From Pavona decussata (lineage: Eukaryota), in assembly GCA_977016875.1 (NCBI GenBank), contig CDRNST010000195.1, positions 3,410,001 through 3,474,000 of the forward strand: DNA of 64,000 nt, in the 5' to 3' direction. Each line of letters begins with the position of its first letter. The first letter of the stretch is position 1. Below, piece after piece: positions 36,271 to 48,311 of the stretch. Below the pieces are notes generated by a model, which was not told the origin of the DNA, did no database searches, and saw nothing but the letters and a program-made list of their open reading frames with translations. The position numbers and the translations under genes are program-made.

Positions 36271-38558
36271 GTAATTGCAATGTGAATCTACTTACATGGT
36301 CTGTGTTGGTTCAAAGAAATTGAGATAATGCTAAGAAAAACGGTAGTTCAACACTGACATTTCAATTTGGTTTGAACATTTCATTTCGCCACTGACTACA
36401 AATCGTCTTTTAACCTTGCTAATAAAGGTTTTCAGTGAACAAAATAACGGATTTCATACTTACCAAGTACTGACTGGTACGGTTTTTTCAAATCTTCGTT
36501 CTAGAATTGAGGCAGTAAGCCCATCTTCATCTCCTTCGTCTTCCTCATCAAGTCCTCTGCCATTGTCTGAGCTATTTGGTCTGGCGCTGATTCTTCCTCT
36601 TCCTCCAGACTTTGCATGGAATCCACATCATCTTCGGACGTGCTTGAACTATAATCTTGCTCGTTTTCCGCCATATTCAATGAGCAGAACCCCTTCTAAT
36701 TCTTGCAAAGCAGCACACAGATTCTTTCATTTTCTTTCAATTGATAAAAGATCTTTAGATAGATAATGAACTGGTTATTTTTCTTTCATCCCACACTTGT
36801 TAACATTGACAATAACAGTTTAAGTAATAATAACAGTAAAACATCACACTTCACACCTAATCTGAAGAACCTGGGCAAATTAATTTAATGAGGCCTTGAA
36901 AATCATCAGCAGCTTCCCCAGTTAAATTTTGTCTTAAAAGAAATGCGATCACTGCTAAAGACTGTAACTGGAGTGCTGTAAATTTACAGTCCTGTTTATA
37001 GTTATTGCTCTCTTATTCTCCTTCCTCATTTCCGTTGTCAGAAACACTGTCACTGCTTTCACTTTCACTAGAGGAAGTATCAGACTAATCAGTACTCAAG
37101 TCTGTATCTGACTGAGAGTCATTCCAATTCACTTCCTTCCGAAAATTCATCATTTTGCAACTTTTTATTATGTTGCTTATTATATCCTAGCACTACTGTA
37201 GACCCACCATTCGAACTATTTTCAGTCCCTCATTTAGGTATAGCTTCTTAACCCTCTTTAGTACAGCTAGCAAGGTTACTACGTGGGCTAGTACAGGTAC
37301 TACGACCACTAACGTAACTAGGGCTACTGCTGCTACTAGGACTATTATTTGGGTGTGGCAGGGACATAATTTTTTATCATATACTACACAAGCTGAATAA
37401 CTAGTGGACCAAAGAAATCCTTTAATTTTGACAGTATACCAACAAATGGTAAGAAATTTTAAAATCTTGAACGCCACGCGGTGAGCCTGGTTGTAAGCGA
37501 TCTCTTATTGTAGGCGGTTCCATCTCGCTTTCTTGCGAAGAAATAAAACTTTTAACGGTACTTGTTTGGTTGCTAAGGTGTTATTTCTTCAATTGTTGTG
37601 TAAAATTCGTCTTGTTGTTCAGTTGAAACAAGTATGAGTAAGTGTCGAGGATACTGTAATTTGTTGAGAGTAATAATTCAATGATTTTATGGATTTCTTT
37701 GTGCTAGTCCAAGAAAAGAAATTTGATGCAATTTTTCCATAATCAGTCCCCAATCGCGTGATTGCACGTGTGCTGTTTCCTTTGTTTTTTCCTGAGAAAC
37801 ACGCTAAACGTGACACAGTCACGCTCATCGGTACGCTTATTTTTCAAAGACCATTTGAGACTCAAGAATATTGTAAGCTATATACCCTCCGGTCACGAAG
37901 ACAACTTAGCCCGTTTGTCTGCGATCGGCAAAATGCATGGGACACTGTTTTCTTTCTCTTGCTTTCTGCGGCTCTTCTGTTTAAACACTGATAAAGAAAT
38001 ACACAATGGCAATCACATAAGTGGTGAAAGATCTACCTGTTATTACATTTTATTTTAAAAGGTTCCTTCATATAATAAACTGCATGCCAGCATCGTATTC
38101 CTCATACGCAACTTCAACCATAGTAACTGGAAATTTAAAGAGCAGCGAGTACCTTCATCTACGGGTAAATTGCGGTAGCAAGAAATTAATGGGAAAATTC
38201 CAGCAGATATATGCATTTGAGCTCTTTTAATAACGAATATTGACTGCTAATAGCCTGTATATATATTCCATAATTAATTTGCTGATTGAGACTCAAGTAC
38301 AGGGATCCTTTGGGACAAACTTCTAATGCATTAAAAGACTTAGAAAGACGGCGTGTTTAGAAAATTTGAGCTGCTCGGAATTGATTTGGTGCTTAAAATC
38401 AAACACCAAAGCGAGTCAGGTAGTACACAAAAATAAATGATTAAACTTTTAGTGCCCGAATTTTTGTGGCCAATTATTTGAGGAAGATAAAGGTATGTTA
38501 ATTATCATACAATTATTATAACCGTTACGGTAAATTTATTATTAAATTTTAATCTCAC

Positions 38559-38713
38559 CATCTTTGTCCTCGGTAAGATGATTTGGACATCTTTCCACAA
38601 TTTCCATGAAGCTATCAGGTTGTTGATAGACCACAACAACCCTCACATAGAAACCAGCTGGGGCATTAGCTGGGAACAATGTAACAAAAGTTTTCCCCAT
38701 GCCTTGCACAAAA
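38559..38713 (-). pseudogene. p53-family DNA-binding-domain exon (TP53 exon-5 equivalent), copy 1
   Basis: FVQGMGKTFVTLFPANAPAGFYVRVVVVYQQPDSFMEIVERCPNHLTEDKD|G compared with human [54 protein letters not shown]|G. The exon ends at a phase-1 GAT G|GTGAG donor. Confidence 0.7.
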
Positions 38714-39706
38714 CGCATTGTGGCCAAGTTGTTTCGCCCTTTTTATCTGTTCCCAGTGTTTCTTCCATTGACGTTGGGTGTATGATGGTCCAGTCCCACC
38801 AGCAGCAGAGCCTTGTTCATAAGCTTTTAGCTCTACGTCTAGAGTTACTGCGTCCCTAACATCGGCTTGACAGGCATCCAACAATGACAGATTTGGTTGA
38901 TCTCGATGGACCCATGCTGAGAATCAGCTAAACGTGACACAGTCACGCTCATCGGTACGGTTATTTTTCAAATACCATTTGAGACCCAAGAATATTGTAA
39001 GCTATCGGTAGCATTTGACTTGGCCTTTTTGTACCGTCTGGTCACGAAGACAACTTATCCCGTTTGTCTGCGATCGGAAAAATGCATGGGACACTGTTTT
39101 CTCTCTCTTACTTTCTGCGGCTCTTCTGTGTAAACAATGATAAATAAATACACGATGGCAATCACATAAGTGGTGAAAGATCTACCTGTTATTACATTTT
39201 ATTTGGAAAGGTTCCTTCATATAATAAACTGCATGCCAGCATTGTATTCCTCATACGCGGCTTCTACCATAGTAACTGGAAATTTACAGAGCAGTGAGTA
39301 CCTTCATCTACGGGTAAATTGCGGTAGCAAGAAATTAATGGAAAAATTCCAGCAGATATATGCATGTGAGCTCTTGTTATAACGAATATTGACTGCTAAT
39401 AGCCTGTATATCTATTCCATAATTAACTTGCTAATTGAGACACAAGTACAGGGATCCTTTGGGACAAACTTGTAATGCATTAAAGACTTAGAAAGACGGC
39501 GTATTTAGAAAATTTGAGCTGCACGGAACTGATTTGGTGCTTAAAATCAAACACCAAATTAAGTCAGGTAGTACACAGAAATAAATGAATAAACTTTTAG
39601 TGCCCGAATTTTTGTGGCCAATTATTTGAGGAAGATAAAGGTATGTTAATTATCATACAATTATTATAACCGTTACGGTAATTTTATTATTAAGTTTTAA
39701 TCTCAC

Positions 39707-39860
39707 CATCTTTGTCCTCGGTAAGATGATTTGGACATCTTTCCACAATTTCCATGAAGCTATCAGGTTGTTGATAGACCACAACAACCCTCACATAGAA
39801 ACCAGCTGGGGCATTAGCTGGGAACAATGTAACAAAAGTTTTCCCCATGGCTTGCACAGA
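39707..39860 (-). pseudogene. p53-family DNA-binding-domain exon, copy 2
   Basis: Same peptide and same donor site as copy 1. Confidence 0.7.
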
Positions 39861-40172
39861 ACACATCTTGGCCAAGTTGTTTCGCCCTTTTTATCTGTTC
39901 CCAGTGTTTCTTCCGTTGACGTGGGGTGTATGACGGTCCAGTCCCACCTGCAGCAGAGCCTTGTTCATAAGCTTTTAGCTCTATGTTTAGAGTTACTGCG
40001 TCCTTACATCGGCTTGACAGGCATCCAACAATGACAGATCTGGTTGATCTCGATGGACCCATCCAGCGTGGACTACCTCGGCTTGGTTCATATGAGGTGC
40101 CTGACTTGGAGCAAATGCTCGAAAAATAAACCCTCGTCTGTCATGCCACCACGCCAACCAAGATTTTAGGAA
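39861..40172 (-). mobile_element. MULE-like transposase segment around the catalytic Glu (partial copy at 38714-38915)
   Basis: FLKSWLAWWHDRRGFIFRAF...APHMNQAEVVHAGW...LSLLDACQADV...ELKAYEQG..GGTGPS...RAKQLG. Confidence 0.55.
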
Positions 40173-40374
40173 CGCCATACCTGATGCCATATGTTTTGCT
40201 TCCTATTTTTTCGCCTGTTTACATGTTCTTCTTAGCCTACTTTGCCAGACTAATATGCGACACGGCTCATCATTTATGGTAAACCACAGAGTGTCACTTT
40301 TCTCTGTCACCAGGGAACCAATAAAGTTTCACTTGTTATAGTTTGACATGCGCCATTCTTTCCTTTAAATAAGT

Positions 40375-42740
40375 GTGACCCTCCTTGGGAAAACGGACAC
40401 TAACGCTTTTCCGTTAAACGGTCAAGAAAAACGGTTGTAAACAGATACTAAACGGTTAACTTAAGCGTTTAAACGGTTTCCAAAACTGTTTAAACGAATA
40501 GCAAAAAATTTAAACGGTTGACCAAAGTCCAAAAACGGATAGCTTAAAGCATTAAACGGTCAAGCAAAAAAATAAACGGTTAGCTTGAAGCGTTAAACGG
40601 TTGACCAAAGTCCTAAAACGGATAGCTCTAACCGTTAAATGGTTGACCAAAGTCCAAAAACAGATAGTTCACACCGTTTATAAACGGTTGATCGAAGTCA
40701 AAAAACGGACAACTTAAATTGTTCAACAATTGACTCAGTGAGATTGCTTGAGGAAAAACTATCAGCCTTTTAATGTTAACTTTGAGCGTAAACATGGAGC
40801 ATAATAATGTTAACTTTGAGCGTAAACATAGGGCATAATTGGTATATAATAACCAGGATACCTTCTGTGAACGAAAAAAGTACTGTCGTATCTGATGAAC
40901 TTTAGCCCGGACTTTAGTTGGGTTACTTCAAAATTTATTTATGCGCTTGCTTTCTTGCTTGTGTATTCTATTTCTGGGTAAATTTTGCCGTTTTCGTGCG
41001 ACATGACGTTGATTCTCTTCCCTGAAGTTTGTTGAAATAAGCACAATTATTTATAAAGGACAGTTTCGCTGCCAATATCTCAACCCGAACGGCTACTGCA
41101 ACGTGTCATAACAAAAACCGTAACCTCGGGAATTAATATGTTGACAAGAAATTTTCAATACACGCGTTCAACAGGCGCAACTAACTCTTTATACTATCAC
41201 GAAACCATAGCCATCAGAAATTTTTCATCATCTTCTCCTTTGTTTATTGTTGTTTTGTTTTGAAGTTGCCCGAAACAAATTTGCATACGCAATGAACCGC
41301 AAATGACATGACCTTGTTAGAAGTCGAGACGCGTCAGGGTCAAATAACGCCAGAAATGATTTGCTTTCTAAAGATTTTATACGCCGATTGCGGCGATCAG
41401 CCAAAATCGTAATCGCTGCACCGGGGACACCTGGCGATTTTCCCCGATCGCCGTTTAAAATCGCCAAGTGTTTCGCTGGCTTAAAAAGTTTGAGGTTTGA
41501 AGATTACACATCTTAGTAATCGATCAGCCGAACTCACAACAAAATTAATTTTGCATGTTCGGTAACTTCTGAATTCTCTATTAATTGGTAAAATAAAGCC
41601 TCTGGTGCAAAACAAAGACCGTTTTTCTGTACTGAATAAGGAAACAGAAGTTTTAATCAATTAAGTTCGGACTTTGAATTCAATGGTCAGTGTGCAATTT
41701 GCATTCTCTTGACTACTCAAGGTTTTTACGTTTACCTGGTTTTTGCGTTTTTGTTTTGTTTCCCAAAGAAGGTCACAAAGGCCGTCGCTGTTCTCTGTCC
41801 CTTCCAAATCAAGTTCTTCATTGCATAGAATTATAATTCAGAACAGATTGAGGTCGTCGTAAAAGACTGTTATCAGTGTCTTGGGAATTTTCGAGTGAGT
41901 TTTTCGTCAGTGAGGTGCAAATCATTACTGTTTGGTAATATAATGCGAGACAGGCGAGGAAGTGACATCACAATCAGATGAGCGCGCGCACGCTATTTTT
42001 ATCTTCTTCCTGCCGCTACGCGTTACGATTGTGTGATCAAGTTGGCTACAGAATTTGTTAGAATAAACATCTGCTGGAAGATTGTAACCCCTCACAATCC
42101 CACCAAGCGATGACCTAAATTTCTGAGCTAAGTAACTTGTCTATGAGGAACGATTCAAAACTAAGACACAGGAACTAAGATAGCGTCATCCGGTCAAAGT
42201 GATAAAGTGCACTCAGTTTTCTGAACGAACAAGATCAATGGCAGAATCACGGTCGCCGAATGAATGGCTTCATCGGCTCTCATGCTGTACGTTTGTCCAA
42301 ACCGATATTTTAATTTTTTTTGTCGTTTGTCCAAGGATGCGACGATTACTTGCTTTCTATAAACTCGGATAAGTTGGGACAAAAATGTAATCCCATTGTT
42401 CTGCAGTTCATCAGTTCCGGCGAGTATCGAGCGATTGTTAGCTTGATAGTTCTGCTCGCAGGGTTAGGTTTAATCAGATGCTGGGTTTCTTTATAAATGG
42501 ATAAGCAAACCGTTTAAACGTTTTCCCTAGAGCGATAAACGGATGCAATATTTAATAAACAGATGAGCAAACCGTTTAAACGTTTTTGCCAAAGCATTAA
42601 ACGGATGCAAATGTTTTTAAACGGATGAGCAAACCGTTTAAACGCCTGAATGAACCGTTTAAACGGATATAAACGGATAGTAAACAGTTTATCCGTTTAA
42701 ACAGAAAAGCGTTAGTGTCCGTTTTCCCAAAGAGGGTCAC
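40375..42740. mobile_element. 2.4-kb non-autonomous DNA transposon with 4-bp TSD (Sola1-like, tentative)
   Basis: ~40-bp TIRs GTGACCCTCYTTGGGAAAACGGACACTAACGCTTTTC, TSD AAGT on both sides, and subterminal arrays of TAAACGG/CCGTTTA at 40410-40710 and 42500-42705. Confidence 0.85.
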
Positions 42741-43434
42741 AAGTTTGCTCATTCGCCACACCAGTTCGTTTGACCCATTTTGACTGTTTTGTATGTAATC
42801 TTATCCAAAACTACAAAATTTGTTGAGTTTAAAACTAAGCTTACCTGTAAGCACCTCCCCCATTCTGGAGAAAAGGCATCCTGGTGTAGGTATGTCACCC
42901 TGACACTTTGGGCTATTCCCGGAGTTTTTTGTTTGGCTCTTGCACAATTGTTTTTTAAACGTTATGAAGTCCTGCGCAGTCATAGCTATCAATCAGGTTT
43001 TACGTTTTTGTAAAACGATGGTTGGATCACAAGGCACAAACCCCATCCGTCTGGCTGACACCAACAACCTGTTTGACCTGTTGACAAAGAGAGTTAAAGG
43101 AGTGTAAGTCAACCAAGGGTTGACCTCTTCTGACCAGATAACTAAAGCTGTCCCTCTCAGATGGCATGTTCTTGGGACCTTTAGGCCTATCTGTTGAACT
43201 CACTTTTTTGAAGAGATACAGAAGAGTGACTGTGTACCTCCTGCTGACATAGAATAACATTGCAATGAGCTTTTTATTAAACGCAATTATATCCCAGAAA
43301 CGATACCTTATGCTCCCCATCGGAATCAACATTTTGCTACCAAATATGGAAACTTAGACGACAGTCAATGAGGCGACAGTCACTTTTACTACAATTGAAC
43401 AAGGTGTTGCGTGGTTTTTGATAACTATCAAATA

Positions 43435-44293
43435 CAGTCAAACCTGTATATAGCGGTCACCCTTGGGAAATGGCCAGGTGACCGTTATATACAGGGTGAC
43501 CGCTGTACACAGGTTTCCTTTAAACTCCCCCAGAATTCAATAAATAGCATTTTTATGTGCAAATAATCACTCAATTTACGTTTAATTGACCATTACGAGT
43601 AACAGCAACGCAATAATCACAATAAAAAAGGCCGATAAAATGTCCGTGGTGTACTTTTAGGGAGGTGCAGTAAAAGTCTATTGGAAGCTAATGAACAACG
43701 GTTTTAAGTGGAAAATCAGTCAATTTACATTTATTGACAACAATTTTAAACAGAAATACGACAAAAATGCCCTTAAAATGTCCGTGGTGTACTGTAAGGG
43801 AGATGCAGTATACTTTCAGTAAAAAACCGCGGCTGTCAACTTGATAAGTACAGTACAGTGCAGGGGACTATGACGAAAGTGAAACCAGTGTGGTACGGTT
43901 GTGTTGTTACAGTTACAGTAACTATTGTTACGGCACTTTAATGTTATCTGCCGCAAGCATGTGTTGAACGTAGGTGATGACTGTATTAGTAGTTGTGTTT
44001 AGTACTAATATTTGTATTTTTGTTAAGCCCCTGCCTTGGTGCCTATTTAACAAGCTGGCGAATAAAGCTTATCATTATTCGTTAATTATAACCCAATTTC
44101 GTGACTTTTATATACAGGTAGAAGATAATGAAATTGTGCATTCAGGAAGTCTAAAGAGTGACCACGTCTGTTATACACAAGTGACCGCTATATGCAGGTC
44201 AACTTAACAGTAAATGTAAGGGACGATTTGTTCAGTGACCGTTATTCACAGGTTGACCGCTATATACAGGGCTGTTATATACAGGTTTGACTG
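43435..44293. mobile_element. pogo/Tc1-mariner-type MITE with TA TSD
   Basis: TA|CAGTCAAACCTGTATATAGCGG ... CTGTTATATACAGGTTTGACTG|TA, with subterminal GTGACCG repeats. Confidence 0.9.
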
Positions 44294-46339
44294 TAAGATG
44301 AATTTTGGCTGATTGTCTAGTCCTTAAAAAGCAATGTTATTTATCCTACATGTAACTCATCTGGGTCTTTTTTCCTGACAAAGGTGTCTACGGTTGACAT
44401 TTTGGAAAGCTGTTCCTTCTCTGTTTGTTTGTTCTGGTGCTCTATTGCGAATGGCAACACCACATCGATAAAATACTGCCTTATTTCTTCGGACAACGGA
44501 TCTGCCTCTGTTTTGTTGTCTGAGTATAGCTCATCACAAAACTTTCTTGGTCAAGTCGGCGTACATTTATTATTTCAGAAACAACTTAAAACCTTTTCAG
44601 TCTCAAACATGTAATAATAAGAACGATCACCCTTAGCCTCAAAATTAGACTTTGTTTTGTAAAAAAGGGTGTGCGCCTACCACACAGGTACTACAACTAC
44701 TACAGATATAACGGTTACTACACCTTCTACACCTACCACAGGTACTATTTACTACTCTATCTACCATTTCCCGGGACATAATACATACCTTAAAATGGCT
44801 GTTCACCTTCCGCCTTAGTGGCCTTGCCTTTAAGTCTCGTCTTTTTTTAAATTCAGTGCGCAGGCTAGTGATTTTTGTAAAAAAAATGAGAGTGGTTCGA
44901 GATGTTTTTGGCACACTCTTTTGTTGGTTCTGCTCCTCAAGATTCATAATTTTTTTCTATAAAACCGGTTATTTTGAATTTAAGGAAGCATATGCCCCCT
45001 GATGGTAAAGTTGGAGTAGTAAATTTACATGGAAAAGTTAGGACAGTTGGAAAGTTATGTTAAAAAATGTTTGTCATACAATGTTGGTTGGATTGCAACT
45101 CAACAGCAACGGAGGATCAGCAACTTTAATTTGGCGATTAAAGATGATTGACTCTACAGGAACGTAACACTATTTTTTACATTCAACTGTTTTATTTTAG
45201 GCTTATTGTAATAACGGGTAGTAGTTTTAGAACCGCGCATGGAGTTTAACACCTTTCATTTAACTTGCGACATTAAAGCTTATTCCAACAGACTACATAC
45301 AAGCAAAGGTCGAATGACAGACAACAGTATCAACAAATGAAATGCAAAATTCCATTGATCTATCAATCAAACAAACTTACAACAAAGTAATTCAGTTGTA
45401 TTACTGTTGCTTAAACCTGAATGATCAGCTTGTATTCATGACACAGGACGATCGGGAAAGTAGAATCTAGTTCTACTTTCCCACCATTACGACTAAGACA
45501 ATTTCTAATGGAGACATTTTTCTGGGACGGTCTGCGGCCTATTGGGGACACTATTGTTTGTGTTGAAACACGTGTCGTGTAGTGGCAGCTGATAGTAATT
45601 TGATGTGTGACTGTCTACTCACACCTTCGGTGTGATGTGCACTAACGGCGGCGGGTACATGTACACTCACACCAGGTCTTTCACTTTCCTCTTTTCTCAG
45701 ACGCTTGTTGGCTGCAGATGCTAGTTTCGTTTCTACCCATTTATTCAGGTTGGGACAATCAATTACTTCTGCTCCGTTTGGCTCAAAACTATATCATAAA
45801 TTTTTTAAGGGGAAAGTTAATTTGAAGATGGTTCAATTGAAGGCATTAAATGTTGAGGGTAAAATTGAAACACTCCCTTCCTAAGGAGTTCGTCACCAAA
45901 GTTTTTCCATTCAGGCACATCTTATATGACGGAACTGGCATTGTGGAAGTATTGTGTTGGCAAAAGGGAGGCAGTGTTTGGAAAGACGGGGCTAAATATG
46001 GGTTAGTTACATGCCTATTCGAAGAAAACAAGGGGTTAGTCATGCCATTCTGAGAAGAACTATAGAAAGAGGGTTATGTTGCAAGTTTTATTGCTTTGAC
46101 TGAATACAAAACGGGAGTGTGAGGAATCGATGAAGTAATCCTGATAGTAAGAGTGTTAACACTTATAGCAAGGTCTTTCTAGTAAATTTCTTTAGTATTG
46201 TGCCTCCCCCACCCCTGCCACACACACATACCCTTGCAAGGTGGTTTGTTGAGACTGGTTCTGGAACCAGCGTTATGAGGACCAGTAGAATTACGGGTGA
46301 TATTTCCTTTCTCACGTGTCTGCTGGTACGCTTGGCGAA

Positions 46340-46760
46340 GAGCATGAAGACTTGCTTTAAACCAACGCAAAGGATATGTCCTATGAAGACCGATGCAAAT
46401 TACTAAAATGGCCTACTCTTTCCTACCGTAGAACTTATTTATCTTTAATTGAATGTTTTAAGATAGTTTTTGGATTTTATCATTTAAAATTTGAAGACTT
46501 TTTTTATTTCGCCACAGCACGGTCTACGAGAGCAAATCATCAATACAAACTCTATGTCAAACCAGCACAATTCAATTATTGTAAACATTCTTTTTTGGTT
46601 AGAACTGTCAAACTATGGAATGAATTACCGGGTGATATAGTGTAAGCTGACAGCTTTCAGCATTCTAAATCTAAGCTCAAAATATATTTGAATATATTAC
46701 TGTAAAGATCTTGATTTATGTATATTTCTTTGCCTTTTTCTTTTTATAGGGCTAACCTCC
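46340..46760 (+). mobile_element. CR1-type LINE 3' fragment
   Basis: MSYEDRCKLLKWPTLSYRR...YKLYVK...SFLVRTVKLWNELP; same family as 59160-59850. Confidence 0.8.
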
Positions 46761-46839
46761 AAACTTCCTTTTCTAGAAGCACTTTTCTTCTCGGTTTTTT
46801 TATTTGTATATATAGTCTGCTTCTAAATTAAATAATGTA

Positions 46840-47500
46840 TGTAAGAATGTATGTATGTGGTAGGCCAGGTCACTAAGGAAAGATAAAGTGGACTTGTAGT
46901 AATGTTTTCGTTGCCATGATATGAACAAAATAGCCAGCTGTGCCATCAAACATTCATATTCCTCAATGTTACCACTTTGAAAGTTTGATAGTGAAGAAAA
47001 AAACAAGTGGCACCACATGATCAAGCAAGTAAAAACTGATGTGAACTGGTGACTCTTGGATAAACTAAATTTAGGTACCACTTTGTCTCTTACAAGAAAC
47101 CATGCTAGAAAGGCTGCTGTAATACACAAAGATGAATGGAATGGCTTTGGCTTTCGTGGGAGAAGTCCTCCAAACACAAATTTGTACATGTCATCGAAGA
47201 AAAAACTTAAATATTAAGACCACATCCTCTAAAGCATTTAGGTAAACATGAAATGGTCCTTGTTCTGGTACAATTAAACTGATTCTTTTTTCTCTCCCTT
47301 GTGCAATTAATTTTTTGGGGTTATAAAATCCTGGCCAGTCTGCTGGAAGTGGAAGAATGTGATGTTTACAATACTCGTCCAAGGCTGGATACAAGTTAAA
47401 AAGGTAGTGGATTGCATCTTTGTAGTTTTGTTTACTCTTAAGATCCTGTTCAAACACATCCAATACAGTGCACGACTCCAATGTGGCTAGGTCCTCTTGG
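46840..47500 (-). mobile_element. Academ/DUF6589-like DDE transposase fragment
   Basis: PADWPGFY...PEQGPFHVYLNALE...LPRKPKP...RKHYYKSTLSFLSD; frameshifted. Confidence 0.45.
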
Positions 47501-48311
47501 CTTGTTCCATGGTAAACCCTGTAAAAAAGTACAGAACTGAGCAAATATTTTGCGATATTGAATAATGTTGATATTTTTGCTTCAGTTTTCTATTTTCTAT
47601 GTAAGTGTGGTTCTGTAAGTTTTAAATGTCAGGCCTTATTTTTCCGAGAATTTTACTGTTTTTAAACCATTGCGCGCTTGAGCCCGCTTAATAGACTGCT
47701 TACCTGTGACGTAGCTGTTTCATTATTCAGCTCTGTTATGTGAATGCGTGACGGAACATAAGCCCAAAAACTAGATCAGCGGTAGTGTTAATAAATTATT
47801 CAGGGGTCTCGCGGGATGATAATCGAGAAAAACAGTTTATTGCCGTCCAAAAAGATTTCATTCAGATTTCATTTCAGATTTCTCGTTTTAAAGCTCCACA
47901 ATATAGTTTTCTGGTTCCCTTTCAAATTTGGAGCCTGGAACGTTGTCATCTTCGGTAAGAATGGTTAAAGATGAAGCAAGGTGCTCACAAATGACATTTT
48001 TCCACATACTGCTCTTAGAGAAATGGCACATGGAGTAGTTTGTTCGTCTGAGTCATGCAGGGTGTCAAATTTTGTGATGTCTTCAGTGCACAGTGCTATT
48101 CCGATAGTAACGAGGGTTGTTTACTCTTGGAATTTTAGGTTTATTCTTAAATATAGACGTCATAAGAAAATAGCTAGATTGACAAAAGCATTGTGTGGCC
48201 CTTTGAATCCAAAGGTATTTATGATTTTAATAGTCGATCAGTTTATTGAAGGAAGGCCCATTGTTCAAACATTTTTGTCATTGAAATAAGAATGAATTGA
48301 ACCATCGTGTT

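Larger units (their letters stand above)
37792..40062. repeat. Tandem duplication of a ~1.13-kb unit (37792-38915, 38917-40062)
   Basis: Both units begin CTGAGAA..GCTAAACGTGACACAGTCACG and end GATCTCGATGGACCCAT; they are highly similar throughout. Confidence 0.95.

Noticed and set aside
38542-39875. Functional host p53 gene
   Set aside because: No N-terminal exons, a frameshifted junction to a transposase, and downstream exons with stops; reported only as a pseudogenic fragment.
42780-43332. Possible protein-coding remnant
   Set aside because: No frame gave a recognisable motif or consistent splice sites.
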